Part shown: one piece after another, positions 13,514 through 26,700 of the stretch
Numbering within the stretch: position 1 is the first letter of the stretch
Layout: the number at the start of each line of letters is the position of its first letter
NCBI GenBank assembly: GCA_047967505.1
Contig: CM106538.1
Direction: 5' to 3' (one strand)
DNA from: Dipteris shenzhenensis
Taxonomy: Eukaryota
Length of the DNA stretch: 64,000 nt
Notes under the pieces: model-generated
The model's database searches: none
What the model saw: only the letters and a program-made list of their open reading frames with translations
What the model was told of the DNA's origin: nothing
Position numbers and translations under genes: made by a program

Positions 13514-13825
13514 CTGAAGACAACTTGGCAGATCTTTTTACGAAGGTGTATGCCTCAGGCACACCTTGGTTTCTATGTGTGAGTGCTAGAGGCACAGTTA
13601 GGTGCCCACAAGCACAGTTAGGTGATTGAGAGAATCTAGGAGCAGATTGAGCAGATGATTGTGGAGCTCTGAAGTCATCAGTGATGTCAGTGAGCATGTA
13701 TGAGGTGCCTACTTAAGGACCTCACTCTTCTTCATTCCATAATGCAAGTATTCTGAGTTTGTGTCCACTCTTTGCTTTCCTTTCAGCTTACCAACACTGA
13801 AGACAACTTGGCAGATCTTTTTACG
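13260..13825 (+). repeat. 283-bp tandem duplication spanning the 3' LTR / host junction
   Basis: 13260-13542 is repeated at 13543-13825; AAGG occurs at 13260, 13543 and 13826. Confidence 0.92.
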
Positions 13826-14647
13826 AAGGCTCTACCTCGACCTAAGTTTGAGGCTTTTTGGCAAGCTTTAAACTTAGTACCTTTTGTAACTTGATCTGTT
13901 GCACTCTGTACAGTCACAGGTTGCTATATCCTACGGGACGAACATGTGCAACCATGACACTAGATATTTAGGCATCCTGAGCTATGTCCAGGATACTTCA
14001 GCCCATACCATGGGGGGGGGTTTGTAGGCTATCTCATGGGCTATCCATAGATGCTACTTATACCTTGGTATGAACCTTGTAGGCCTAGTTATAGTCAATT
14101 AGGACTATTGGTACAGTTAGTTTATGTACCATCTAGGTTAGTTAGGACACTTAGTCCAGTTAGGGTAGTTAGCCCTAGGGTTTAATTTAGTTATATGAAG
14201 AGCTGCAATTATGCACACTATATCTTCTCAACAAAAAAGTTTCTCTATCTTCTCAGCTTCCGAAAACATTATTGCAAGGAGTGTATAATATGGGAATGCT
14301 GAAACACTTCTGGGTGGAGGCTATTTTCAGATTTATAATAGAAGATGTTTATTGCTTATGTGGTTGGCCTCTCTTTTGGTAATTATGGTAGCTCACTGTC
14401 TTCAGAATTGAGCAATACAGTCTGTTTCTTGGATTGTCATTGTCCTACTGCTATGTTCATGTAAGGTTTATTGCAATGCATGGCATTCTGGTCTTAAATA
14501 CAAAAGAACTAGAAAAATTAGGAGTAGTACTATTCCGAATTTGTAAAACTTACGTGGTTGGAGGTTATCTGTTCCAAGGGATTTGCTTGTTTTGAATTGA
14601 ATTGAAGGGAGAAACCTCATGCCATGCAATGGTTGTTTTGTCCTCAG

Positions 14648-14722
14648 GTAGTTTTAGCTCGTAGGACAAAACTTGAAGCAGATGTAGTGATAGAGCCCCT
14701 TACCTTGGTGGCTGGCCTCCAG
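14648..14722 (+). CDS. ICS: ICS exon a ([25 protein letters not shown])
   Basis: tcctcag|GTAGTT...CTCCAG|gtatct; 75 nt, phase 0. Confidence 0.93.
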
Positions 14723-17700
14723 GTATCTTTGTTCTTTATAAATGATCAAGTTAAGAAGTAAATGACTTGCCTTTATTTTTCATCTTTTCAAAACTCTCTG
14801 CTAACCCATGCAAATATTTGCAGGAGAAAGACCCAAATGCATATCAGTTTTGTATCCAACTTCCAAACAAGACTTCCTTCATCGGAAGTACTGTAAGTAT
14901 ATCCTTAAAATTTTTTGTTTCACAGGAAAAGCAGTTTGCAGCTTTCTGAATTCCTATGATCTGAGCAAAGTGAGTTCGGGGACAATTTTCCCTATAGAGT
15001 TGACTAGCTTTCCACTGCACCTAAGATCCTCTTCTTTGAGTCACTGTTTGCCCTTTTCATGGAACTAGCATTCTCTGAAGCCTCCGCATCCTATGGTTTG
15101 GCTCTTCTCTCAACTGGCTGAAAGCCCCTTGTATGGATTGTGGGCACCAACTTCTCAGATATTGGTTCCTCTAGATCTTATATGCAAAAGCACAAGCTGT
15201 CGTTGTAGGTAGCCTGAATAGAGATTCTAGCAGGGTGCTGAGGTGTGGATCCTGCAACCATCTATTTGGATCTTTATAACTCTTTCCAGAGGTTCCTTCT
15301 TGGTAGGACATTGCATCTACCATTTTCCACTTTTGTAAAGGCAAAACATTACCCCCTATCAGGTTTCTTCGTCCTTGATTCCTGCCTCAAATTGCAAGGA
15401 ACTAGGGGAGGGTCATGTAGAGTCAGTGACCCATTGATTTCATCTGTCTCGAGAGTGTAGAATTGGAACATTTTAGTTTCATATGCATGTCTGATCGGAT
15501 AAAAAATGCTTTCCAAATCTGCTAGGTCTCTTTGGATTTTGGGCCATTTAATGATGCTTCTTGAATCTTGAGGGACGGGTGCATTTATTGAGAATGAGTT
15601 TCTTTTCATCCTCTATATATGAGGGATTCTTGTTATTGGGAGCATAGAGTGGATCAGATTCCCTGTTTGATCTTCCTCAATCTACTTCTTGTTGGAATGA
15701 ACAACCTTGTGATGCATATTGTGGAAATGAAAACCTTGTGTCATTGTGACAAGTTCACATATTGCAATCATATTTTTCAATGGGCTACCTCATATACATT
15801 CAAGAAGGCTTAGGGGATGGGCCCTAACGTCGGTGAGACTAGGACAATTTGGGGGTGGTGGCTAGATTCATGTAAGCACTTGGATCCTCAACGAGGACAT
15901 CCTATTGACATTGTTATTAATGGTTTTTTTTTTTCAAAGAATTGTTATTAATGGTTATAAGCCAGAGTGTTTCTGAAAGACCTTCAATATCCCATACAGC
16001 AGTACAATACAGTAAGAATCATGGATTTCTGATTGAGATGAAGTCCCGTGATGTCAGGACCTGCGACAAGTTTAATGCAATTTATGACTAGGGGATACCT
16101 ATAACAAGATTATGATTTCAGAGTTTATTAATGGTCACAAACCAGAATGTTTGTTAAAAATCTTCAGTATTCCATACAGCAGTATTACGTTAAGAATAAT
16201 GGATTTCTGATTAAGATGGAGTCCCTTGATGTAAGAACAGCAACAAGTTAAATGCAACTTATGATAGGGGGATACCTGTAACAAGTTGTCTTTGTCATGT
16301 ACAAATATTCATGACGACAATGATCATTGCATATGGTTCTGTGCAGCCACAAACGATGATAGGCAAAATTCATGATTGAGGAACCTCAACTGGCATGAGG
16401 TGATGTGGGTAAAGGCATAGCCCCATATTACTCTAGCAAGATGCCTTGGAAATCGGCTATTAATGCAGAGATTGTAATATGTTTCTAGTAATGCCTCAAA
16501 TACGTTTGTCATTTGGCTATATGGCAGGCATTGTGGAATTGGTTTAGACAATAACAATCATATGATATAAATTTTAATATGGTCAGCCCTGCCAAAAGAA
16601 AATCGGCGTCAATAGGTCTGCATCAATAGGGCTATGCCACATGAAATGAAAGGCTAATGCGTTCCAGATTGATGCAGAGCCTTCAGAGGGAGTACACCTA
16701 GGGGATGGTGGCCTGGTTGATCGAGGGAGGTCACACGTTCCGGATTGATGAGGTCTCTCCAGCTTACCGGAAATAGGGTCAGAGCATGCAGAGGATAGAG
16801 CTCCATGAGGCAGGCTCTCTTGATATCCCGGATCCTCATTCCCTGCCGGAGGATAGCGTGTGGGAGGTAGTAGCTAGTATCATGACGTGGAACATTTGGG
16901 ATGCTCGTTGTAGTCTGGTGATGGGTGAGCATCCGGTTCCACCCTCGGCTACCTTGGTTGCCATCTGACAGGGGCACGCACGTTTCTGCAAGGCTTGGTC
17001 TACAGGAGTTTTCTACATATTCACTCCGTGAGGGATTCATTGGTTGTATAGTCCCCCCACTTGGCTGTTAGCCCCTGTACCAGAGATTCCATAGGCAGTG
17101 AGCTGGGTTTCTTTGAAAGAGGCTGGGTTCTCTTCTTTCAGCCTTTATCCAATATTTCCCATACTCAGCACCTTTGGGGCTTTTGGTTTTTATGATGAAA
17201 AAAAAAAAAGCATTAATAGAAGGTTCTTTTCTTTGGAAAAAAAAGAATTCACATTTGGATTCTCTTGGAAAAAGAGAATTATATCTAAGTAATTGGAACA
17301 CTTTCCTGAAGTGTTCCAGATGCTTTTTCCTCGTTTTACTATAGATGAATCTATCATCTAGGAATACTACATCAAATATTCCTAATGATGGCCTCAAGAC
17401 ATTGTTCATAAATGTCATAAAAGTTACTGGAGCATTAGTTAAACCAAATGGCATTACTTTAAACTGATAATGCTCGTACCTAGTCCGAAATGATGTCATC
17501 ATCATCATAGGGACATCATCTTCTCTAATTCGCACCTGAGGTCAATTTTAGTAAAATATTTTTTCCCTTGCAATTGATCAAAGAGTTTATCAATGCAAGG
17601 CATAATATACTTATTATTTATTGTGATTGTATATAAGACTCCGTAATCTATGCATAAACGCATAGTGGCATCTTTTTTGTTCACCAATAAAATTGGTGAT

Positions 17701-20700
17701 GACCATTGGTGGATTTACTAGGTTGAATTTGGCCCTTCCTAAGGTATTCAACTAATTGTCTTTCAACCTCACATTGCTCCGTTTACTAAGTCTATACGGT
17801 GGTTTACAAATAGTGGTAGATCCAAGAGTTATGTCTATTTTATGATCAACATGTCGATCGGGAGGTAAACCATTAGGCAAATCACACGGAAAAACATCTT
17901 TAAATTCAACCTTGAAGTCTTTAAATGAAGATTCATAATTTTTAATCATCAAAAGAAAATTTATTCTTTTGAGATTTGGTAGAAATAAAATCACCAATAA
18001 AAGTAAGTTCATAGAGATATACCTCGCATTGTTATTGTTGTAGAAGTCGTTCCAATTCCATTGAACAAATAAGGTAAGAGTTAGGCACTTCATGTTATCT
18101 CTGAATCTGGAAGACTCTATCAACTTTTGTAAACATAATGGAGTTATTTAAATAACTTCGCTGCAAGCTATGCCCAAGACTACACATTCTTGACCAAGAA
18201 GAACATCTGTTTGATCGAGTTGCATAATTTGGAAATACAAGGCATCCTGATATCCTTGGATACCCACCTCTAGACCATGAATCATGGTGTCCCAAACCTT
18301 TTTATCACGGCCTTTGCCAGAGAGACAACATATTTATGGGAAGTTGGGCTCTCAGCCACAACTTTAATTTCTTAGCTAATGAGTAGTTTAAGAAACTATG
18401 TGTTGTGCAATCATCGACCATCACTCTTATTCTTGCTTTTTACTCATTGCTTGATTTGTAGCATAATTTTTAGCACTCATGAACAATGCATGGTAAGAAA
18501 TTTGAAAATACACATGTCCAACCATGAAATTGATTCATGATCCCCATCAAACTTTGAAAGCACAAGGGTTTTTATCTTGTTGAAGCTATGTAAAGTATCA
18601 TGCCTATCAGACACACATAGATATGCTAGAAGCACTCATGCATGATGCATATTTAAGAATTGTGAAAATATGCCTGCCCAATCATGCAAATGATATTCTA
18701 TCAGCTCAAAAATTTGCAAGGATAAGGGTATTATTGGTATTAAAACTTGTATAAAGTATCATATCCATCAAACCCACACACATATGCTAGAAGCATAAAC
18801 CTCTACCTCGGTGTACTTTTCAATATCATTAAGTGACAATACCTGCACGGTGTGTCCTTGTTTTTGTGGAGGTTTATTTGGGGCTTTAGCTCCCGCTTGT
18901 TTATTTTTAGGGCAGTTTCAAGCGACATGATCTTTGCCTAAACATTTGAAGCACCTTGCTTGGCCCTTTCATAATCCTCTTTCTTCAAGAGAGGATATTT
19001 TGGTGTTTGAGGTTTCTTAGGTGGTGTCTGAGAAGCCTTCTCCTTGAGTAGCTAGATGTGTCAGTCATGAGTAGTTGGATGTGTTGGTCGTGAGTAGGTG
19101 GAGCTTTGTGTGGGCCCATCGATTGGGATCCCTTCAAGAGTCGAAGTGTTTTTGGAACATATATGAGATCTGTTACTAGGATCTTCGACTCCTCTTTGTA
19201 GTGTGTACTGGAGGGTGGTGTGAGGCGGCTTGACATTAAGATGCCACAAGGACAATATCTCGAATGGGTGAGTGCTCGTTGGTGGGCTTGTTTCTAGTCT
19301 CCTATTGAATGGGCACATCTACAAGTCCGTGTCACAATCATGGCATCTCCCCTCCCAACTACGTCTTCTCCCATGATGAAGTCTGTGATCTCGTGTTGTC
19401 TAGGGCCGAATCTCGTGGCGTGTGTTATGAGTCTAGATCTAAGTCAGATAACCTCGTGTATGAATGGTGCAACACATCTCTTGTTTGGGTAATTAATGAC
19501 CCTGTCGATGTCCATGTGCTCATGGGTGAAAAGACATTGATATCTCTAAAGGTACGAAACGAAGAGAGAGAGAGAGAGTGCAGGTACAAGACGAGTTGAT
19601 AGAGCAGTCACGTCAAATTTTAGATAAAAATGAAGAAACACAAGTACAAAGTACTTGTACCTAGACCAAGTGTCCTAGGTGTCACATAGGACTAAGTGTC
19701 CTATGTGGCCTAGTAGGCGCTAACACTATAAGTGCCTACACTTATGCCTACAAGGCACATACCATGGCCTATAGGGCATCACTAGAACCACCAGAAGATG
19801 GCCTACAAACCCCCCTCCATGGGATGGACTGAAGTACTCTGCAAACGTCTCAGAATACCTGTAGTTTTTGGTCATGGTGGCACATGTTCAAACAAAAGGA
19901 TATAGCCACCTATGAATGTACAAGGAATGTCAGATCATGTAACAAAGGGAACCAAGTGTAAAGCTTGTCGGAAGACTTCGAACTTGGGATGAGGAAGTGC
20001 CTTTGTAAACATATCTACGATGTTGTCCTCTGTGGGAAGATAGGACAACTCTATGTCTCCTGCTGACAACCGCTCCCGAACATAATGATAGTGAACTTCA
20101 ATATGCTTGGTACGCACATGAAACACTGGGTTATGCGCAATGGCCAAAGCACTCTGGCTGTCAGTGTAGACAATAGTGGAGGATGTGTGGTAAATACCAA
20201 GATCTGTAAGTAACTGTCGAAGCCAAACACACTCTACTGTAGCGGTGAAAGCTGCCCTGTACTCAGCCTCACAGCTAGACGTGGCTACTGTCGGTTGCTT
20301 CTTGCTGAGCCAAGAAATACATGAATTGCCAAGCAAAAAACAATTGCCAGTATGTGACACTTTGGTGTTGGAACATCCTACCCAATCACTATCCGTGTAA
20401 GCATGCATGGTAAGTGAACCGTGATCACTGTAGAAGAGGGCTAAATCGTGAGTGCCTCTGAGATATCTGAAGACTCTCTTCACTGCGTGCCAATGCTGTG
20501 AACTGGGCATGTGCATGAATCTGCTGAGCTGAGATACTGCATACTGCAAGTCAGGTCTGGTATGACATAAATAAATAAGGCATCCAACAGCGTGCTGATA
20601 AAGAGTGATTGATATCACATGGTGGGCTCCCATCACGAGCTGAGAATTTGAAGCTAGGGTCCACTGGAGTAGAGATTGGCTTGCAATCCTCAAACTGAAA

Positions 20701-23700
20701 ACGATCAAGGAGCTGTCCAATATACTTGGACTGAGACATCATGATACCCCCCTCAACATGAGCAAACTGAATGCCCAAATAATAATGGAGCCGTCCCATG
20801 TCTGACATGTCAAAAATCTGTTGCAAATCAGCCTTGAAGGCTGCAATTTGCTGAGTATCTGGGCCCGTGATAAGCATATCATCCCTGTCATAGTAGCTAG
20901 TCCCTGCCATGCATGATGGAGTTTATGGTTTTCAACCTTGTGAGTGACTATCATGAAATTGAAACTGCACTATGTTGTGTTTTTAGAGGATGAGTTTGGG
21001 AATGTTCCTGGATTCATCTAGGTATATGCTTCTGCCGTATTAGTGGACGTGCAAATTTCACCTTGTGAAGTTTTCGTCCAAGTTGCGGCCTGCTGGTATT
21101 GTGATAATTCTTTCTATCTTAACTGGTGTCTTAACTGGTGCGTTGCCCTATCAGCTAGATTTAGATTTAGATGCTCGTTGGGGAGAGACTAAAATGAAAA
21201 TGTTTAGACTTCACAAGCAGTTGTAGCTTGAATGAAGAGATTTTGGACTACCTTTTGATTAGCCTTCTCCTTTAGTGCTAGCCTTCATCATGGCTGAGTC
21301 TGCCCTTCACCTCCGGAGTTTGACAGAAACTCAGTACGGAGACTTTGTATAAATGGATGCTCAAGTATGTGTGGGTGTGTGGATTTGTATGTGTGAGAGC
21401 ATATTTTTATACTATGGTCTACACCCACTGTTGGGCGCTGATGACGTCAGTGGGGATGTCATAGTAGCTAGTCCCTGCTATGCATAATGGAGTTTATGGT
21501 TTTCAACCTTGTGAGTGACTATCATGAGATTGAAACTGCACTTTGTTGTGTTTTTAGAGGATGAGTTTGGGAATGTTCCTGGATTCATCTAGGTATATAG
21601 GTATATATCATCCACATATAAAATCAGCACTAAAAAATCAGATCCACTCCCACGGAAATAAAGAGTGGGTTATGTGGGACTATTCTGAAAACCAAGGGAT
21701 AGTAAGTGTGCATGAATTTTGGCATACCATGCCCTCGGTGCCTGCTTCAAACCATGAAGGGCTTTTCTAAGCCGGCATACCTTATTTTCAGAATTAGCAA
21801 CCTCAAAGCCAGGAGGTTGTGTGACATAAACTTCTTCGTGCAGATCCCCATGAAGAAAAGCGGTCTTGATGTCAAGTTCGTGCACTTGCCAATGATGATG
21901 GGCTGCAATTGCAATGACACATCGAATGGTAGTAATCCTGGATGTGGGAGCAAATGTCTCCTCAAAGTCAATGCCTTGTTGTTGGGCATACCCTTTTGCA
22001 ACAAGACGGGCTTTGTATCGATCTATGTTGCCATTAGGTTTCCTTTTTAATTTGTAGACCCACCGCGTTCCAATGGCATGCTTGCCAGGTGGGAGATCTA
22101 CTAATTCCGATGTGTCATTTTTGGCAATAGATTGTAACTCAGCTTTCATTGCATCCATCCACTCTTTGCTGTCAAAAGCATCTTTATGGCACAAAGGCTC
22201 TTCATTGCAAGGTGTAGCAAGGAGTGCAAACTCAAGAAAGTGACCATGCTGTCTATTCCCTGATCTTGTTCGGGCAGCAAAAGGCTGATCTTGTTTGCCG
22301 TCCCTCAATGTATCCAGAAGCCATCTGGGAACTTGCCTTTGCTGTCTATTGACAGCTCTTTCTTCAATGACTGCATCATGAATGGGATCATTCTGTGCCG
22401 GAAGAGTAACCTGCAAATCAGCATTAGGGTGTGGCTGATTATTGCTTAGTGGAGGGCCTGCAGGAGGCTCATGTTGCTTCTCAAAATCCTCTTCTGTTGA
22501 TGGCAGAGGCAACCAAGATTCAAAGCCATCAAACATGTCAATATCTGGCTTTGCTTTGCAGTCCACAAGAGGAGAAGCTGAATGTTCAGCAAAGATCACA
22601 TCTCTACTGACAATAATCTTCCCAGTATTTGGTTGATATAACCGATACCCTCTGCTCTTTTGGCTGTAACCAATGAATATGCATTTGATTGCCTTGTCAT
22701 CAAGCTTATGTCTCAGCTGAGATGGTACATGAACAAATGCAAGAGACCCAAAAACTTTCATGTGTGAAAGTGAAGGCTTCCTGCCTTTCCATACTTCATA
22801 AGGTGTGATAGTCTTTAATGCCCGTGTAGGTGATCTATTCAGCACATAGTTGGCACACATTACTGCATCAAGCCAAAATTTATTGGGCAAAGACTTGGCC
22901 TTAAGCATGCATCTGGCCATCTCCATTGTGGACTTGTTTTTTCTTTCAGAAACAGGATTCTGCTGAGGAGTGTAAGTAGTAGTGCATGAGTGAATAATGC
23001 CCCGTGAGGATAGAAATGCATCAAACTCCTTTGACATATATTCACCCCCCCTATCTGTGTTGAGGGTGACAAGCTTGCATCCTGATTCATTCTCAACCAT
23101 ATTCAGCCATCTCTGAAAGCATAAGAAAACTTCAGATTTGGCCTTTAAAGGATATACCCAGCAATACCTTGTGAAATCATCAATGAGAGTCATGAAATAC
23201 TTGTATCCTCCAATGGCATTTGTCCTCATTGGCCATAGACATCACTATGTACTAGCTGCAATTTCCTTTGTGAGAGTTTTGGACAATTCTTTTGAAAAGG
23301 AAATCGATGCATCTTACCCAAAAGACAACCCTCACACATATGTTTGGAAACTGTGTGAGTTTGAGGTACATCATTTGCCATCTGCTGTGAATGTAGCTTT
23401 GCAAGAGCTCTATAATTGAGATGGCCCATTCCCTCATGCCAAAGATGAGTTTCAGCAAGCTATGAATCTGAAATAGCCAATGCTTCAATAGAAAGTGCAG
23501 CTAAATGATGATCAAGGTGATAAATCCCTTTTTGCAAAGTGCCAGTGAGAACTATGGCATTGTCATCGCGAAGATCATATACTAGGCATCTGTAGCCATA
23601 AAAAATTACTATGAAACCTGAAGTAGCAATTGCTGAAATTGAAATCAAGTTGACTTCAATGCCAGGCACGGAAAGAACATTTGTCAGAGTGATAGAATGG

Positions 23701-26700
23701 CTGGAAATGGATGTGAGCTGCACATCTCCAATTCCTTTTACAGCATATGAAGCATTATTAGCACACGTAACAGTCCCCCCTCGAGGTGCATCAGCTAGAG
23801 AATGAAACAATTGTATGCAAGATGTGACATGCTTGGAAGCACCACTACTGCGTAGAGGAATTGCAGCTGCTATGCGCAGATTTTGGCTTGCCCATAGGCT
23901 TGGAAGCCTTGCCTCTTCCTGTCCGCTGTGATTCAAATGCATGAGTAGGAATAATGGCTTGACTGTTAGCTCTACTTTGCTCTTCTTGCAAAAGCAAAGT
24001 AACTAGCTGGTCAAAAGAATAGTGGTCTGGATCACCCATGGCCAGTAATTGAAGGGTTGTAGCAAACCCTTGATATGTATCTGGCAGTCCATTCAATGTG
24101 GTACTGACAAGCTGTGAATTTGGCACCACCTCATCAATGTTGGCAAGCTGTTCCATGAGGTCTTTGACCTTTGCCAAATTTGCATCCATTGACTCACCTT
24201 CATTCATATTCACTTCCTGTGATTGCCTTCTCAAATATGCAACACGAGCTTCATTGCGTATCCGATAGAGAGAAGCCAATTTATCCCAAGCATCCTTTGC
24301 TGTCTTGCAAGACCGGATGTGTGGAATAATGATTCTCTTGCATGATAAAGCAATGCATGAATGTGCATTTGCATCTCTTGCATCCCATCTTGACTGTTCT
24401 TGAGTTGGAAGAGCAGCAGCAGGAGTGCTAGAGGAAGAGGCATTAGGAGGAGTACCACCTGCAGAAGGACCAGCAGTAGAAACAACCACTGTAGCATTGG
24501 CTGGCCTCAGATCAGCCCAGAAACAATATTCCACGAATGCTTTGCAACAAGAATATGTATTATGAGATAAGACCACATCGGATAGTTGGTGCCATCCAAC
24601 TTATCATCTTCACGAAGAACTCCAAATAAATCTTGATTGTTCCCAGCCATAGCAACTGTGATAACCTGTAAAAGACCTGAAAAACCAAACGCCTCAAGGC
24701 TATCACTGCAAAAAGCTGGCTGTCCCAAAAATGACAGCAAATATCTGCAAATTTCTGACCCAAATCAAAGGGCAAATGCAGATCTGACCCAAATGTGATT
24801 GTGACAGGCAATGTTCACTGCAAAAACAGCAAATTTGGCAAAAGTCCCAAATTTATTGAGGGCAAATAGGCCAAAAAGAGGGCAAATGTAGAAAAGCCCC
24901 AAATTTTGCTGAAATTTTTGCAAATGTGACCCAATGTATGCAAATCTCACCCAATGTCCTGCAAATGTAACTGAATGTCCTGCAATCTGACCCAATGTAC
25001 TGCAATTTAAACAAGAAATTGCAGACTAAATCCCAAAACTCGAATATTCTTGCAAGAAATTGCAATCAAAGGAGGTGAAAGGAAATGAAAGCCCCAAATT
25101 TTCCAATGTCCTGCAAAAGCCCCAAAAATTGTGGTGAAATTGTACGGAATACCCAGATCAAGTACAAGCTGTACGATCAGCTGTACGATCAGCTACTGAA
25201 GGTACGTGTGTACGGGAAGCTAGTACAAGCTGCTGACGACTGATCTGTAGGTACGGTGCAAGTACCTTGCACCGTGTTCCTACGTAGGTACAACTATATG
25301 GTGAAAGTACCTTGTACGACGAACTGAAGGTACCTTGTACGGCGAACTTTGTACGGTACGACGTATTGAATAGCGCGATGTACGGATGAAGTACGGCGCA
25401 GAGTACGGTACACGTACGGAATAGCGCAGAGTACGGCGACGACGCAGAGTACGGCGGGGTGTACGGGTGACGACGGATGTACGGCGACCCTCGATGCAGA
25501 TGTACGACGGGCATAAAGGAATCTGTACGAAACTCCGTACAATCGTACGGGTTGTACGGATGGAGCGTAGACTCTTGAAATCTGTGCGTGATGCAGATCT
25601 GGAGGCAGGGGAACTGGTCCAGTAGCGCTCTGATACCACTGAAGGTACGAAACGAAGAGAGAGAGAGAGAGAGTGCATGTACAAGACGAGTCGATAGAGC
25701 AGTCACGTCAAATTTTAGATAAAAATGAAGAAACACAAGTACAAAGTACTTGTACCTAGACCTAGGACTAAGTGTCCAAGGTGTCACATAGGACTAAGTG
25801 TCCTATGTGGCCTAGTAGGCACTAACACTATAAGTGCCTACACTTATGCCTACAAGGCACATACCATGGCCTATAGGGCATCACTAGAACCACCAGAAGA
25901 TGGCCTACAATCTCCCTTGGATGTTGTAGTATTCAGGGATTGCATTTGAACATACTCCTCTGTCTCCCTGTGTCAGAAAGAGTATAGAGCCTTAGTCCTA
26001 TGACGTCCCGCCTCAATCTATAATCTGTGGGATGAAGTCCCGAGGTAGAAAGCTCCATCATTGAGCTCTTATGTTGCCTTTTTAACCTGCTTCTTGTCCT
26101 TCGGTGAAAGTGTAATTTGGGAGTCAACTTTGTTTTCATTTGGCTAGACACCAAGGAGATCAATTATCAATGAGAGCACTGAGGTACAAACTACTAGCCC
26201 CACAAGAAGAAAGGAAAGGAAAAGGGGCAGGGGGGGAAAGAAAGGGAAAGGGAAAGGAAAAGGAAAAAGAGAGGAAAGGGAAGGGGAAAGGAGAGCAAAA
26301 GGAAAGGAAAGGAAGGAAAAGAAGGGAAGGGAAGGGAAAGGGGAGTGGGCATATGAAAGGGAATGGGAGTGGGAAAGAGTGTGGAAATGAGAGGGGAAGT
26401 GAATGTGAATGAGAAAGGAAAAGAGTATGTAAAGGAGGGATGAAAAGGAGGAATAGACTGCTGGAGAAGACGAGTGGGGAAAGGCAGGCCCAAAGGGCTA
26501 TCTTGGACAGCCAACAAATGCCTGCTGCAGATTGGCTCTCTGTATGACTGTTAGAATAGCCCTTGATGACAGGATAAGCACGGATCAAGGGCCCAACAGG
26601 TCTGGCAAACTTGGAACAGGAGAAGGCATTGCCAGTAGTAAGGAAACCCGGAAGACAGGTGACGAGAAGGCGGAAGGAGATAAGAAAAGCCTGCTGATAT

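Larger units (their letters stand above)
3384..14270 (+). mobile_element. Ty1/copia element A, disrupted, carrying two nested insertions
   Basis: LTR start TGTAGGCTATCTCATGGG at 3384 and again at 14023 after a G9 PPT. gag from about 6679 ([26 protein letters not shown]), PR WFFDSGASKH, IN VHSDVCGP, RT LYVDD (about 10010), RNase H DSDW...[10 protein letters not shown], ending near 13893. Many stops and frameshifts. The 3' LTR end and TSD were not resolved. Confidence 0.85.
19547..25909 (-). mobile_element. Ty1/copia element C2, full-length but disrupted; relative of element A
   Basis: LTRs 25640-25909 and 19547-19807; PBS 25627-25638; PPT about 19808-19820; TSD ATCTC on both sides; gag (about 24650-23900, zinc-knuckle region apparently deleted), IN/RT ORF 21670-23229, RNase H ORF 19935-20720. 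Confidence 0.95.
17215..26160 (-). mobile_element. Old, heavily degraded Ty3/gypsy element interrupted by copia C2
   Basis: [12 protein letters not shown] / VFLDD / RLCIDY (17250-17760), PR remnant near 18420, knuckle CFKCLGKDH near 18940, gag remnants on both sides of C2; boundaries approximate. Confidence 0.75.

Noticed and set aside
14400-14470. Possible upstream ICS exon ending in AAG|gt
   Set aside because: It translates as WIVIVLLLCSCK, with no ICS similarity.
15000-15830. Possible minus-strand LINE endonuclease remnant (YAPN near 15645)
   Set aside because: A single short motif, too degraded to support a call.
18470-18795. Diverged dimer of about 160 bp inside the old gypsy
   Set aside because: Only two degenerate units, with no termini or function evident.
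19547-19548. TA instead of TG at the outer LTR ends of C2 and G1 (29575)
   Set aside because: The partner LTRs have the canonical dinucleotide; simple post-insertion transitions explain it.
21424-21470. Possible hammerhead ribozyme (CTGATGA followed by a short stem)
   Set aside because: No GAAA follows the stem, and stem I is not adjacent to the core; only a partial motif.
26140-26588. ORFs rich in K/G/E or F/P/S
   Set aside because: Translation of a GA-rich low-complexity tract.
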